Shown here: positions 1-9,385 of the stretch, piece by piece | How the letters are laid out: every line of letters starts with the position of its first letter | How positions within the stretch are numbered: the stretch's first letter is position 1 | NCBI GenBank assembly: GCA_034530615.2 | Contig: JAVRCV020000049.1 | Span: forward strand, 1-64,000 | Reading direction: 5' to 3' | Source of the DNA: Aulosira sp. ZfuVER01 | GTDB lineage: Bacteria > Cyanobacteriota > Cyanobacteriia > Cyanobacteriales > Nostocaceae | Length of the DNA stretch: 64,000 bases | Program-made: the position numbers and the translations under genes | Notes under the pieces: model-generated | Told to the model about the DNA's origin: nothing | The model's database searches: none | The model's input: the letters and a program-made list of their open reading frames with translations, nothing else

Positions 1-33
1 ACGCTTACACTCAACAAATTTGGGCTTTACCTC

Positions 34-70
34 CTTAAGTTGACACCAATGAACATTGTTGTGCCCCTAC
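34..70. mobile_element. Right end of a MITE (TTAAGTTGACACCAATG) followed by the right half of a GTAG-type REP-like palindrome
   Basis: Same terminal sequence as the element at 4844-5040, followed by aacattgtt-gtgcccctac; the left end lies outside the window. Confidence 0.6.
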
Positions 71-111
71 CCGTGCTGTCAATTCTCCAATAGGATCTAA
101 TCCAAATACTT

Positions 112-1026
112 CTATGATAATGCTGGCGCTGTTCCTAAAAGACCGATGACTCCCAATAACATCGCCATCCGTTCCCAAAAAACAAATCCTTCGTAAGCAC
201 TCACACTACTTTGCTGTTGATAGCGTGCTAGTGCGATCGCCACAATCAGCATCATCGCTGTGGAGAAGACTAAAAACATGAGGGGATGTGCCATTGGCAA
301 TAGTAGAATTGCTATTGGAATTGACACAATCAACATCCCAATTAATCCCCAAGCAATCCAAAAAGCTGTTTCCTTTCCCCAAGTATTGGGAATGGTGACA
401 ATTCCCTGACTGCGATCGCCTGCTGTATCATGTAAATCCCAGATAATTTCCTTAGCTAAGGTATAGAAAAATAGGAAACAGATGGGGTAAAGCATCGCTA
501 AAGGTCGATCTACGACCAAACTACCTAGCAAAATTACCGCAGCTGTGATTGTAGACACAATGAAATTCGCCAAGACACCGCTTTGCAGTAGTATGTGGGA
601 GTAATACCAAAGCAAAATGGAACTCACAATTACTAAAATCAAGCAAGAGATTCCTAGAGGAATAGCTGCAACAACCGCGCCGATAAATAAAATCAAAGCC
701 GCCCACCAAACTTGTTCAGGTGAAAGGCGACCAGATGGGAGTGGTCTTTCTGGATGATCGATGCGGTCTTTATCTACATCCCAATAGTCATTAATTGCAC
801 AGGCCGCAGAGTGCATAAAAACTAAAATAGTTGCTGTTAATAAATATTGCTGTAAAGTCGCTGCCGAATTCAATGCATAGATTGTGGCACAGCCTGCTAA
901 AGCAGCAACAATAGCAACTGGTAGTCGGAAAAGTTGGGCAAAATCACGAATCAAATTGATTTGATTATTCTCTTCAGCAGAAAGGGAAGCATTAGCTGTT
1001 TTGTTAATATGCAGTTGTTCGCTCAT
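112..1026 (-). CDS. UbiA-family prenyltransferase, DGGGP-synthase-like
   Basis: Motifs INDYWDVDKDRIDHPERPLPSG and KEIIWDLHDTAGD; multiple TM helices; start placed at MSEQL (ORF open to 1068). Confidence 0.85.
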   Translation of the reverse strand: MSEQLHINKTANASLSAEENNQINLIRDFAQLFRLPVAIVAALAGCATIYALNSAATLQQYLLTATILVFMHSAACAINDYWDVDKDRIDHPERPLPSGRLSPEQVWWAALILFIGAVVAAIPLGISCLILVIVSSILLWYYSHILLQSGVLANFIVSTITAAVILLGSLVVDRPLAMLYPICFLFFYTLAKEIIWDLHDTAGDRSQGIVTIPNTWGKETAFWIAWGLIGMLIVSIPIAILLLPMAHPLMFLVFSTAMMLIVAIALARYQQQSSVSAYEGFVFWERMAMLLGVIGLLGTAPALS

Positions 1027-1307
1027 GGCTAACCTCACATATTTAATGTGGGTAATCAGAAACACCATTTTGTCTCCATAGCCATGACTCCTGACACCTG
1101 AAGAAAATGTCTGCTTTTACTCGTTCAGGTCAGGGATCGGCTATAGGGTATTCAATATAGGCGAAAACAAATTTTAGATATTTATTAGTTTGTTTTATTG
1201 CCACCTACTTACTTAGTCTATCTCATGGATATCTATGTGGAAATTTTGTCAAGGTATTTGTAAAAAAAATCTGCAATTTTCTATATCTGCTAGCAATACA
1301 ACACTTG

Positions 1308-2576
1308 TTATTGCGTTCTACCACGATGTTCGGTTTTAACCCAACGCGATCGCTGTTTTTGCACGCACATTCTTAAAGTTACTACCATCATCACCGGAAC
1401 CCAATGCGCCATGTAAAGGGAACCTTGAATAGTTGCCCACAGCAAAGGCAATCCGCGCAAACCTTGATATTTTCCAAGTCCAGCAACGAAAGCCACTGTC
1501 AAAATCATGCTGAGTATTGTCTGGAGTGGCAGCAGAACCGGGCGATCGCTATAAAATATTGTCCAGAGTAAGTCAGGAATCAGCCCAATGGGGAGCAGAA
1601 ATTGCAAGATAAAAAATAAGATTAAATCTATTTCTTTAGTCCAGCCTAGAGTCAGAATTTGGGGAAAGTAATCCAGGTAACGCTGATACCCACCTTCAGC
1701 CCAACGATAATGTTGATGCCAAAGCTGTCTCCAGGTTGTCACACCTTCTTCTAGAATTGCAGGAACTGTAACAAACTCAATTTCTGTACCTAGCAGATAA
1801 AGCTTAAAGCACAGATCCAAATCATCGGTGACAGTATTTTCATTCCAACCTTGACACTTTTCTAGCAGTTCCCGGCGAACTAACATCCCATTCCCCCGTA
1901 ACTCAGTCATTCCGCCAACAGCAATGCGATGGGTTTGCAAAAAGCTATCGCAGATCATTTCCATCTGCTGACAACGAGTCAAGAAATTGGTATCTGCATT
2001 GGCTATCGCTTTTCGTACTTGCACCGCACCTATGGCTTTCTTCTCAAATAGAGGTATTGTTTGCCAGAGAAAATTGCTTGGAAGCAGCGCATCAGCATCG
2101 CAGATTAGAAGAATTTCTCCTTGAGTGAAGGGAAAAACTGCATTCAGTGCGCCTGACTTACCACCTGTTGATTTCCGTTGATGAACTTGTAACGCCGGAT
2201 ATTGAGTTTGTAATTTACTCAAAATCTCAGGAGTTTCATCAGTGCTACCATCATCCACGATCCAAATATCTAGGCGATCGCTAGGATATTTCAAATTAAA
2301 TAGGTTGTGAACTAAATCGGCTAAGACTGCACTTTCATTTTTAGCCGGAACTAAAATTGAGACTGGCGGTAAATAAAGATCGCTCTCAATTACCAAGGTA
2401 GCTGGTTTTGACAGCAACATTCGTAGCGTTTGCACAGTCAACAAGACCGTTAATGCTATGAGAAACCACCGTGTTTCTGGTCGCCAATGTAGCAAACTCA
2501 CGCAACCCCAAGTCATGATAACTATTAAGGTTGCTTTGAGACGGCGATAGCTTGGCTGATAGCTGCTTTTTCCCAC
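1308..2576 (-). CDS. GT2 glycosyltransferase, MgdA (monoglucosyldiacylglycerol synthase)-like
   Basis: PAKNE, DDGSTD, GGKSGALN, DAD, TDD and QHYRWAEGGYQRYLDY motifs; N- and C-terminal TM segments. Confidence 0.85.
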   Translation of the reverse strand: MGKSSYQPSYRRLKATLIVIMTWGCVSLLHWRPETRWFLIALTVLLTVQTLRMLLSKPATLVIESDLYLPPVSILVPAKNESAVLADLVHNLFNLKYPSDRLDIWIVDDGSTDETPEILSKLQTQYPALQVHQRKSTGGKSGALNAVFPFTQGEILLICDADALLPSNFLWQTIPLFEKKAIGAVQVRKAIANADTNFLTRCQQMEMICDSFLQTHRIAVGGMTELRGNGMLVRRELLEKCQGWNENTVTDDLDLCFKLYLLGTEIEFVTVPAILEEGVTTWRQLWHQHYRWAEGGYQRYLDYFPQILTLGWTKEIDLILFFILQFLLPIGLIPDLLWTIFYSDRPVLLPLQTILSMILTVAFVAGLGKYQGLRGLPLLWATIQGSLYMAHWVPVMMVVTLRMCVQKQRSRWVKTEHRGRTQ

Positions 2577-2584
2577 TGTAGTTG

Positions 2585-3223
2585 CTATGCTTTCTCAGTT
2601 TCTTGCTGAGGTAGACGACGTAATAGCAGTATTGCGATCGCTCCTAGTAAAAAGCCGCCTATCCCTGCTGCAACACCTACAATCCATCTCATTCGTTGAG
2701 CAGCATTTAATACCGGATTATCTAGAAGGTTAGAGGAGAAATGCAGCGATTGAATTGTCCATCTGTCTTGCAACTTTTGTAGTACGGCTGTCCATCGCAT
2801 CGCCATATCAGCAGCGTTACCATCTTTAAAAGAGAAAGTTGCGATCGCATCTCCAGAAGAAACAACTGTCTCTGGAGAGAGAAACGTTCTGAGAATATCT
2901 CCTTTGAGAGCCATTTTGATATCTTGGATCGTATCGGAGAACTGCTGATTCCAATATTTCTCAAACTCAGGTACTTTGTGAAAAACTTGGTTATCTACTG
3001 TTGTGATTGTGAAAGTTGGATGTAAATAAGGTGCAATTTTGGAAAAATCACGACTGTTCAGCGCTTGCAAAGCAATTTCTCGCGTGCGGATAATAGAGTC
3101 GATTTCTTGTTGGTTGACATCCGCCAGAGCATATTGAGGTATATTCCAAATTACCACCGCCAGTAAAACACTCAAAAGTAGCTGAGTGCATCTGTGTGCA
3201 TTTACCCATCTCTGTTTCATCAT
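2585..3223 (-). CDS. Exported, C-terminally anchored NTF2/SnoaL-like (DUF4440-type) protein
   Basis: Signal peptide ending ALA, NTF2-like core ending RWTAVLQK..WTIQSLHFS, C-terminal TM helix. Confidence 0.7.
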   Translation of the reverse strand: MMKQRWVNAHRCTQLLLSVLLAVVIWNIPQYALADVNQQEIDSIIRTREIALQALNSRDFSKIAPYLHPTFTITTVDNQVFHKVPEFEKYWNQQFSDTIQDIKMALKGDILRTFLSPETVVSSGDAIATFSFKDGNAADMAMRWTAVLQKLQDRWTIQSLHFSSNLLDNPVLNAAQRMRWIVGVAAGIGGFLLGAIAILLLRRLPQQETEKA

Positions 3224-3361
3224 GTCAAAAACCTTTACATTGGTTTACATTTACGCATGATTTATCAACGCTATTAAACAGAATGTACTTGAATGGTCAT
3301 CTAGTCAACGTTTTTGGGATTAAATGACCGATAAACACCGATAAAATATCTGTATGTATAA

Positions 3362-3523
3362 GAGGATGTTTGAAAAGTCCCTAATGATGTATCAAATACT
3401 TTTAGATCCCCCTAAATCCCCCTTAAAAAGGGGGACTTTGATTCAGTTTTCCCCCTTTTTAAAAGGGGTAGGGGGGATCAATTAGTATCTAAAATCACAG
3501 CTAACCACTTTTAAAACAACCTC
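3362..3523. mobile_element. MITE with GAGG..CCTC terminal inverted repeats, IS5/IS1031-like ends
   Basis: TIR GAGGATGTTTGAAAAGT / ACTTTTAAAACAACCTC with TAA on both flanks; inverted sister copy at 43321-43472. Confidence 0.75.
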
Positions 3524-3667
3524 TAAGTGTTTATCTGTGGTTCCTTTTTTACCGATTTGTATTTTTACAATAAATCTCAAAGAATTACTACATCAGTTGG
3601 ATGTGGCTACTGCTGTTTTCGAGATAAATTCTTCAGAAATATATGTAGAAGTACGAAAAATCACAAA

Positions 3668-4684
3668 ATGACATTAAGCATTCAGACTACAGCAGAAATT
3701 CTTGAGCAAGTTCAGCAGTCAGAATCCACCCTTGGACTGAGGAACGAAGCCTGTCGTTCAAAATTCTTTATTCATCCCCACACTACATCAAAAGTTTGTC
3801 TGTTTTTGCATGGGTTCACCGCAGGCCCTTACCAGTTTGAACCAATTGGCAAAGCTTTCTTCAACAAAGGATACAACGTTTTGATTCCCTTACAACCCGG
3901 TCATGGACTCGTCGGTGAGTGGAAGCGTCAAAACCCGCCGCCACTGTCAACAGACATTCAAACTTATCAAGAATTTGTGCTGAATTGGTTGCAAATTGCC
4001 AAAACCCTAGGTCAAGAAGTTGTAGTTGGTGGATTATCAACAGGTGGCACATTAGCAGGTTGGTTAGCTTTAGAACATCCCCAACTGATCGATCGCGCAT
4101 TATTATTTGCACCTTATTTAGGTAGTCATAATTCGTTATTTGATGGGCTAATTAAAACCTTACCAATTTACTTTGAATGGTTCAACAAAGATGCATCCGG
4201 CAATTTTGGCTATAAAGGTTTTCGGATTCCAGCATTACGGATATTTTTAGAATTGGGAGAAAAGCTGTTAGAACAAGCTAAAACTCGTGTTTCTGCTCCT
4301 ATGTTAATGGTTTGTAGTGAGGGCGATCGCGCTGTTAGTCTGTCAAAACAACAGGATTTTTTCCGCAGGATACTCAAGCAGCAACCACAATCTTGGTACT
4401 ACTGCTTTGATGATTCGCTGCATATTGAACACCGAATGATGACAAAAATCGAAGACAATGATTATGAGGAACTAGTAATTACTATTGCTAAAGCATTTGT
4501 GGAAAATGATTTAACTTGGATGCAGTTTCAGCAAATGGCAAAACGAATAGTCCAGGGGGAAACCTATGACAAAATCAAGCAAGAATTGAATCTGGATAGT
4601 CAAGCTTCTCAACAGCTATCCGCAATGATGACTCAACATTTTGGTTGCGATCGTCTTAAGTGTATTAATCCATCTAATATATAA
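3668..4684 (+). CDS. Alpha/beta hydrolase (carboxylesterase/lysophospholipase-like)
   Basis: HGFTA oxyanion motif and GLSTGG nucleophile elbow; start placed at MTLSIQ because the longer ORF begins in repeat DNA. Confidence 0.85.
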   Translation: MTLSIQTTAEILEQVQQSESTLGLRNEACRSKFFIHPHTTSKVCLFLHGFTAGPYQFEPIGKAFFNKGYNVLIPLQPGHGLVGEWKRQNPPPLSTDIQTYQEFVLNWLQIAKTLGQEVVVGGLSTGGTLAGWLALEHPQLIDRALLFAPYLGSHNSLFDGLIKTLPIYFEWFNKDASGNFGYKGFRIPALRIFLELGEKLLEQAKTRVSAPMLMVCSEGDRAVSLSKQQDFFRRILKQQPQSWYYCFDDSLHIEHRMMTKIEDNDYEELVITIAKAFVENDLTWMQFQQMAKRIVQGETYDKIKQELNLDSQASQQLSAMMTQHFGCDRLKCINPSNI

Positions 4685-4843
4685 GCCAATAGGGTTCAGC
4701 ACCAAAGCTTTTGCGTGGTGCGTTACTCACACACTGCACAAATTAATCATTGTATGGATTTAGCGAAATCAGAAGTTTCAGGCTTCGATTAATCATGACT
4801 TTGATCGTAAATAAATCCGCGCTATGGAGGGTTTAGCACTGCT

Positions 4844-5040
4844 CACCTGTGTCAACTTAAGCTTAGATGTATACAGCGTAAGTCTTTGAGGTTATCTCTC
4901 TTAGCACCATAAACTTTTGATCCCCCCTAACCCCCCTTTTTTAAGGGGGGAAAAGAATCAAAGTCCCCCTTAAAAAGGGGGATTTAGGGGGATCAAATAT
5001 CTTGAGCAACAAAGCCTTTCACGTTAAGTTGACACCAATG
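4844..5040. mobile_element. 197-bp MITE with a 9-bp target duplication, inserted in a REP-like palindrome
   Basis: Ends CACCTGTGTCAACTTAA / TTAAGTTGACACCAATG; AGCACTGCT repeated at 4835-4843 and 5041-5049. Confidence 0.8.
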
Positions 5041-5066
5041 AGCACTGCTAAACCCCTACACAAACT

Positions 5067-6308
5067 TTATTTTGATACTTTTTCAATTTGTTGAGTAAAG
5101 TAGCTTTCATCATACTTGAGTTGCTGTGCTAACTCTAATCCTTTTTGAAACGCTGCTAATGCTTGAGGATTCTGTTTGCGTTCTACATAAATTTGTCCGA
5201 TTTGGTCGTAGGCTTGCATTAGCCCATAAAAATTGACAGCTTGCGTTTGCGCTTCTATTAAAATTTGGCTAGTTTGCAAAGCATCATCTAGTTGTCCCTG
5301 AGAACGGTAAAGTGCAATTAACTGCTGTAAAGCTTCACCAGCATTAATATACTGCTGCAATTCCCAAGCAGTAGTATAAGCTTCTTGATACTTTTTAAAG
5401 GCTTCTGCTTGTAAACTTGGATTTTCCTTAGCTAAAGATTGATAATTTGAAGCGATCGCCAGTTTTAATTTTGGTAATGGAGTTGTATTATTTTCACTGG
5501 CGTAAATTTCTACCAGCTTACTCAATATATTTATTGATTGTTGGGGTTGTTTTGCCTGTTCGTAAATATAAGCTAGCTGTTGCAAGTACGCTACCTGATT
5601 TAAGCTATCGCCTCTGCTAGTAGCTAAACCCAATAATTCTTCGTAGGTGGCTGCGGCTTTGGGATAATCGAACCAAGCCAAATTTAATTCCCCCATCGTT
5701 GTGAGAGTATCTACAAGTGCTGTGGTATTTTTTTGCTGTCGTACTCTTGCCAAAACTCGATCGTAAACTTCCAGTGCTAGTTTAGGCGATCGCACTTTTT
5801 GATACGCTTCACCTAGCGATCGCAATAGTTCTAAATCAATGAGGTTTTGAGATAGTACCTGCTTTTGAATAGCTTGCAAGCGTTGAGTAATGTAATATAT
5901 CTGTTCGCGATTATTTTGATTAAAAGCGATCGCACCCACTCGTGACAACGCCTGCACCTCAGTTAATGAACCGTACAAGCGACGTAAACGCAGTTCCCGA
6001 TTCCAAAGTTCAAACGCAGCTTCCCGATCTCCAACTTCTAACTTAGCCGCCGCTGTTTCATTTAACCGATCTATTTGCGGTTCTAATTGTTGCAGTTGTG
6101 CAGGAGTTAACTTTTGTGGATTGCCCAACGGTGATAGTAAGGGATCGGGAATAATTTTCTCTAATGGACTAGGAGGAAATTTATCTGGCTGTTGTGGCTT
6201 TTGGCTCTGCGCCAACGTCAAAGAACTGCTAAACTGCCAGATGATAGCGGCAGTAATCATGACACTTAAGCGACGTAGCATAGGTACTTTACTGTGAGTC
6301 AGTTGCAT
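5067..6308 (-). CDS. Secreted tetratricopeptide-repeat protein
   Basis: Signal peptide, Pro-rich linker, TPR-like helical repeats (LGEAYQ.., LAYIYEQ.., IGQIYVE..). Confidence 0.8.
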   Translation of the reverse strand: MQLTHSKVPMLRRLSVMITAAIIWQFSSSLTLAQSQKPQQPDKFPPSPLEKIIPDPLLSPLGNPQKLTPAQLQQLEPQIDRLNETAAAKLEVGDREAAFELWNRELRLRRLYGSLTEVQALSRVGAIAFNQNNREQIYYITQRLQAIQKQVLSQNLIDLELLRSLGEAYQKVRSPKLALEVYDRVLARVRQQKNTTALVDTLTTMGELNLAWFDYPKAAATYEELLGLATSRGDSLNQVAYLQQLAYIYEQAKQPQQSINILSKLVEIYASENNTTPLPKLKLAIASNYQSLAKENPSLQAEAFKKYQEAYTTAWELQQYINAGEALQQLIALYRSQGQLDDALQTSQILIEAQTQAVNFYGLMQAYDQIGQIYVERKQNPQALAAFQKGLELAQQLKYDESYFTQQIEKVSK

Positions 6309-6383
6309 GGGCGGTCATTAGGCAATAAAATTTCTTAGACGCATAAAACAATGGTAATTATCCCTGGACAGGTGAGGAAGATG

Positions 6384-6489
6384 AGGGAGTGTGGGGAGTG
6401 TGGGGGGACAAGGGGGATAAGGGAGACAAGAGAGAAATAACCAATGCCCAAAAACTTAATTTTGAATTTTGAATTTTGAATTTTGAATT
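6384..6489. repeat. Short tandem repeat tract (GGGGAGTGT/GGGGACAA and TTTTGAA heptamers)
   Basis: Directly visible tandem units upstream of cpcT. Confidence 0.7.
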
Positions 6490-6503
6490 CGGAGCGAAGC
6501 GAC

Positions 6504-7094
6504 GTGACTCATTCTACAGATATTGCTACCTTAGCTCGCTGGATGGCAGCTGATTTTAGCAATCAAGAACAAGCTTTTGAAAATCCGCCTTTTTATGCTC
6601 ATATTCGCGTGTGTATGCGTCCCCTCCCCTTAGAACTTTTATCAGGGGTGAGTTTGTTTTTGGAACAAGCTTATGACTATGCACTCAATCAACCTTATCG
6701 TTTGCGAGTATTGAAGTTCGTTGAAGTAGGCGATCGCATTTACCTCGAAAATTACACCGTGAAGGAAGAACAAAATTTTTACGGTGCTTCCCGCAATCTA
6801 CAAAAACTCGCTACCTTAAATACTGATGACGTAGAAAAGATGTCAGGGTGTGACATGATTGTAGAATGGACTGGCAACAGCTTTAAAGGTAGGATAGAAC
6901 CAGGAAAAGGCTGTATCGTCGTTCGCAACGGGCAAAAAACCTATCTCGATAATGAATTTGAAATTAACGAAGAGAAATTACTCAGCCTTGACCGAGGACG
7001 AGATCTAGAAACCGATGAACATCTTTGGGGATCGGTGGCTGGGCCATTTCACTTTGTCCGGTGGAACAGTTTTGCTGATGAAGTGAAAGTATAA
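6504..7094 (+). CDS. cpcT: Phycobiliprotein chromophore lyase CpcT/CpeT family
   Basis: MTHSTDIATLARWMAADFSNQEQAFENPPFYAHIRVCMRPLP..EQAYDY..PYRLR..DRG..WGS; GTG start after GGAG. Confidence 0.9.
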   Translation: MTHSTDIATLARWMAADFSNQEQAFENPPFYAHIRVCMRPLPLELLSGVSLFLEQAYDYALNQPYRLRVLKFVEVGDRIYLENYTVKEEQNFYGASRNLQKLATLNTDDVEKMSGCDMIVEWTGNSFKGRIEPGKGCIVVRNGQKTYLDNEFEINEEKLLSLDRGRDLETDEHLWGSVAGPFHFVRWNSFADEVKV

Positions 7095-7298
7095 AAAATC
7101 TGAATTATTTTGCAGTCAGACGCGATCGCTCGTAGCTATTTTTCGCTAACTCAGCAACTTTTGCAGATAGCAACTACTGCGATCGCGCTCAGTACAAAGA
7201 CTTAATTTCCCTCTGAAGAAGTCAAAAATCAGAAATTTCTCCAGATAGAGGATGTATTTTTGCCGGAAATTTTGCTAATGTAGTAAAGGACAAAACGC

Positions 7299-7370
<72 letters not shown>

Positions 7371-7521
7371 TAAAAAAATCAAGTATTTCAGAGGCTTTGA
7401 GCCTCTTTTTTATTGGACTTTAAAGGGCTTATTTTCCCAGGGTTCAGAAATTTTTGGGGTTATTTGGGGTAGTTTGGGTAAAGAACTGGGGTAAAACTGG
7501 GGTAAAGTGGAAAGATAAAAT

Positions 7522-8018
7522 TCAGGCTCTAGCATCATAAATACTTCCTTGTCCAGAGTAATTCTCATAAATGTGTTGGTAAACTTCCTGACACTTCTGT
7601 TCATACAGTTCATTAGAATAACTCTGAGGTAATCGATCCAAAATATCCTTAATCACCACTTCTACCGATGCTCTAGTTTGCTGTCTCTTCTTCCAATCTA
7701 AAACTAACTTCTCTTGTTTGAGAGTTTTCAGTAAAACTTTTGCAACTTGTTTAACTTCCTGTTCCTCTTGCTTAGTCAGTTGAATTTCTGGTTGAGTCAG
7801 TCAGTCAAAAATTGCTAGTTCTTCTTCAGCGAGATTTTTGGCGATCGCTCTTTTATCTTCAGCACCCAATTCCTGAGCAAAGTTAATCAAATCATTGAAG
7901 AACATCTGCACGTTCGTGAGTCAGCATTTTACTCTGCAATCATCTGCTGGAATTTCTCTAGGTAGCCCATGCGAGTTTTATTTAACTCCACCATCTGCTG
8001 GAGTTTTTGGGCGATCGC
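7522..8018 (-). pseudogene. hsdR: C-terminal remnant of type I restriction subunit HsdR (DUF3387-like region)
   Basis: Manual translation QKLQQMVELNKTRMGYLEKFQQMIAE*NADS/NVQMFFNDLINFAQEL..EEELAIFD*LTQPE..KQEKLVLDWKKRQQTRASVEVVIKDILDRLP..YEQKCQEVYQHIYENY; two stops and one frameshift. Confidence 0.8.
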
Positions 8019-8037
8019 ACCTAGGAAAAATGTCAGA

Positions 8038-8240
8038 GCCACTATTGAGTTGAGGAAAGCCACTATTGGGTTGAGGAAAGCCACTATTGAATTGAGGAAA
8101 GCCGCTATTGAATTGAGGAAAGCCGCTATTGGGTTGAGGAAAGCCACTATTGAATTGAGGAAAGCCGCTATTGAGTTGAAGAAAGCTGCTATTGAGTTGA
8201 GGAAAGGCACTATTGAATTGAGGAAAGCCGCTATTGGGTT
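8038..8240. repeat. 21-bp tandem repeat, 9 full copies plus a partial one
   Basis: Unit GCC(A/G)CTATTG(A/G)(A/G)TTGAGGAAA, head to tail with no spacers. Confidence 0.95.
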
Positions 8241-8282
8241 AACGATAGCGGCTTCTGTTGTTTGTTGGCGAGTTTGTTAGGA

Positions 8283-8561
8283 AAGGCAGAGGGCAGGAGG
8301 CAGAAGGCAGAAGGGAATTCTGGTTCCTGCCACGCCACTCTGCACAAGTCGGGAAACCCGCCCATGCAGGTGGCTCCTCTGCTCGTGATCTGGGGGAACA
8401 AGCGAAAAGTGCAGTCTTGGGCTTTGCCCAAGTAGAGCAACTTTTCAAGACAGGGTTTAAGACCCCCACTGAACTCTTGTTCAGTGGCTCCAAGTCAGGA
8501 GGGGTTTTAATCCTCTTCTGACTTGATCCTTCTGCCCTCTGCCGTCTGCCTTCTGCCTTCT
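8283..8561. repeat. Composite dispersed repeat bounded by inverted AGGCAGA heptamer tracts
   Basis: (AGGCAGA)n left, (TCTGCCT)n right, internal hairpins such as CCACTGAA..TTCAGTGG and TTGGGC..GCCCAA. Confidence 0.65.
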
Positions 8562-9176
8562 TCAATCCCACAACCGACGCAAATTCAGGACAAAACCTGG
8601 TAACACCGCTTCACCGGACAACTCGGATGGATTCTCTAACACTTCCACTGCTAATTCTGGTCGATAAATTTCCACCTGTCGCTGTTGCGGATTGATTAAC
8701 CAGCCTAGCCGAGCGCCATTATTAATATATTCTTTCATTTTAGTTTGTAGGGACTCAAGCCGATCTGAGCTAGAGCGTAACTCAACAACAAAATCGGGAC
8801 AGATATTAGCAAAAGTTCCTTTTTGTTCGGGAGTCAATGCTTGCCAACGTTCTCGGCTAACCCAAGAGGCATCGGGAGAGCGAGTTGCACCATTGGGTAA
8901 AATAAAGCCAGTAGAAGAGTCAAAGGCTTTACCTAAATCTTCGTTTTCTTCGTACCAGCGATAGAGTTGTCCGGTGAGACTGCTGTTGCGTTCTCCAGTT
9001 TCCCAGCCTGTTGGTGGGTTCACAATTAACTCTCCTTGTGCGGTTCTTTCTAGTCTCAAGTCTGGGTTAGCTGCTGCTAAGGCTGCAAACTGTTCTTGAG
9101 TGACGTACAACCCAATTGTTAAAGGTATCTCCATCGACAGGGTTTCGGTTTCTGGGCTGGTAGGAGTCTGTACCAT
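8562..9176 (-). CDS. Uma2 family (DUF820) PD-(D/E)xK endonuclease
   Basis: LERTAQGELIVNPP, FDSSTGF, RSPDASW, CPDFVVELRS, NGARLGWLINP. Confidence 0.92.
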   Translation of the reverse strand: MVQTPTSPETETLSMEIPLTIGLYVTQEQFAALAAANPDLRLERTAQGELIVNPPTGWETGERNSSLTGQLYRWYEENEDLGKAFDSSTGFILPNGATRSPDASWVSRERWQALTPEQKGTFANICPDFVVELRSSSDRLESLQTKMKEYINNGARLGWLINPQQRQVEIYRPELAVEVLENPSELSGEAVLPGFVLNLRRLWD

Positions 9177-9385
9177 CTTGACCTCTTACACAATAGGGAT
9201 GCGGTGAAAGATGCTGCCCTATTAACTAACATATTGTATGTGCTGTCTGGGCGTAGGCGTAGCCCGTCGTAGACATCGCTTGTCGAATAACGGTAGACAG
9301 AAGCGTTGGTTAAAGATGCAGGCGATCGCTATGCCAACATTAAAATTGGCTATCTCTGGCTGAGTTTTTTCTCATCCTCTTAAAG

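Noticed and set aside
8038..8240. CRISPR array
   Set aside because: Units are contiguous with no unique spacers, and there are no cas genes
7929..8571. Several overlapping 69-110 aa ORFs
   Set aside because: Translations of tandem or dispersed repeat DNA and of the hsdR remnant
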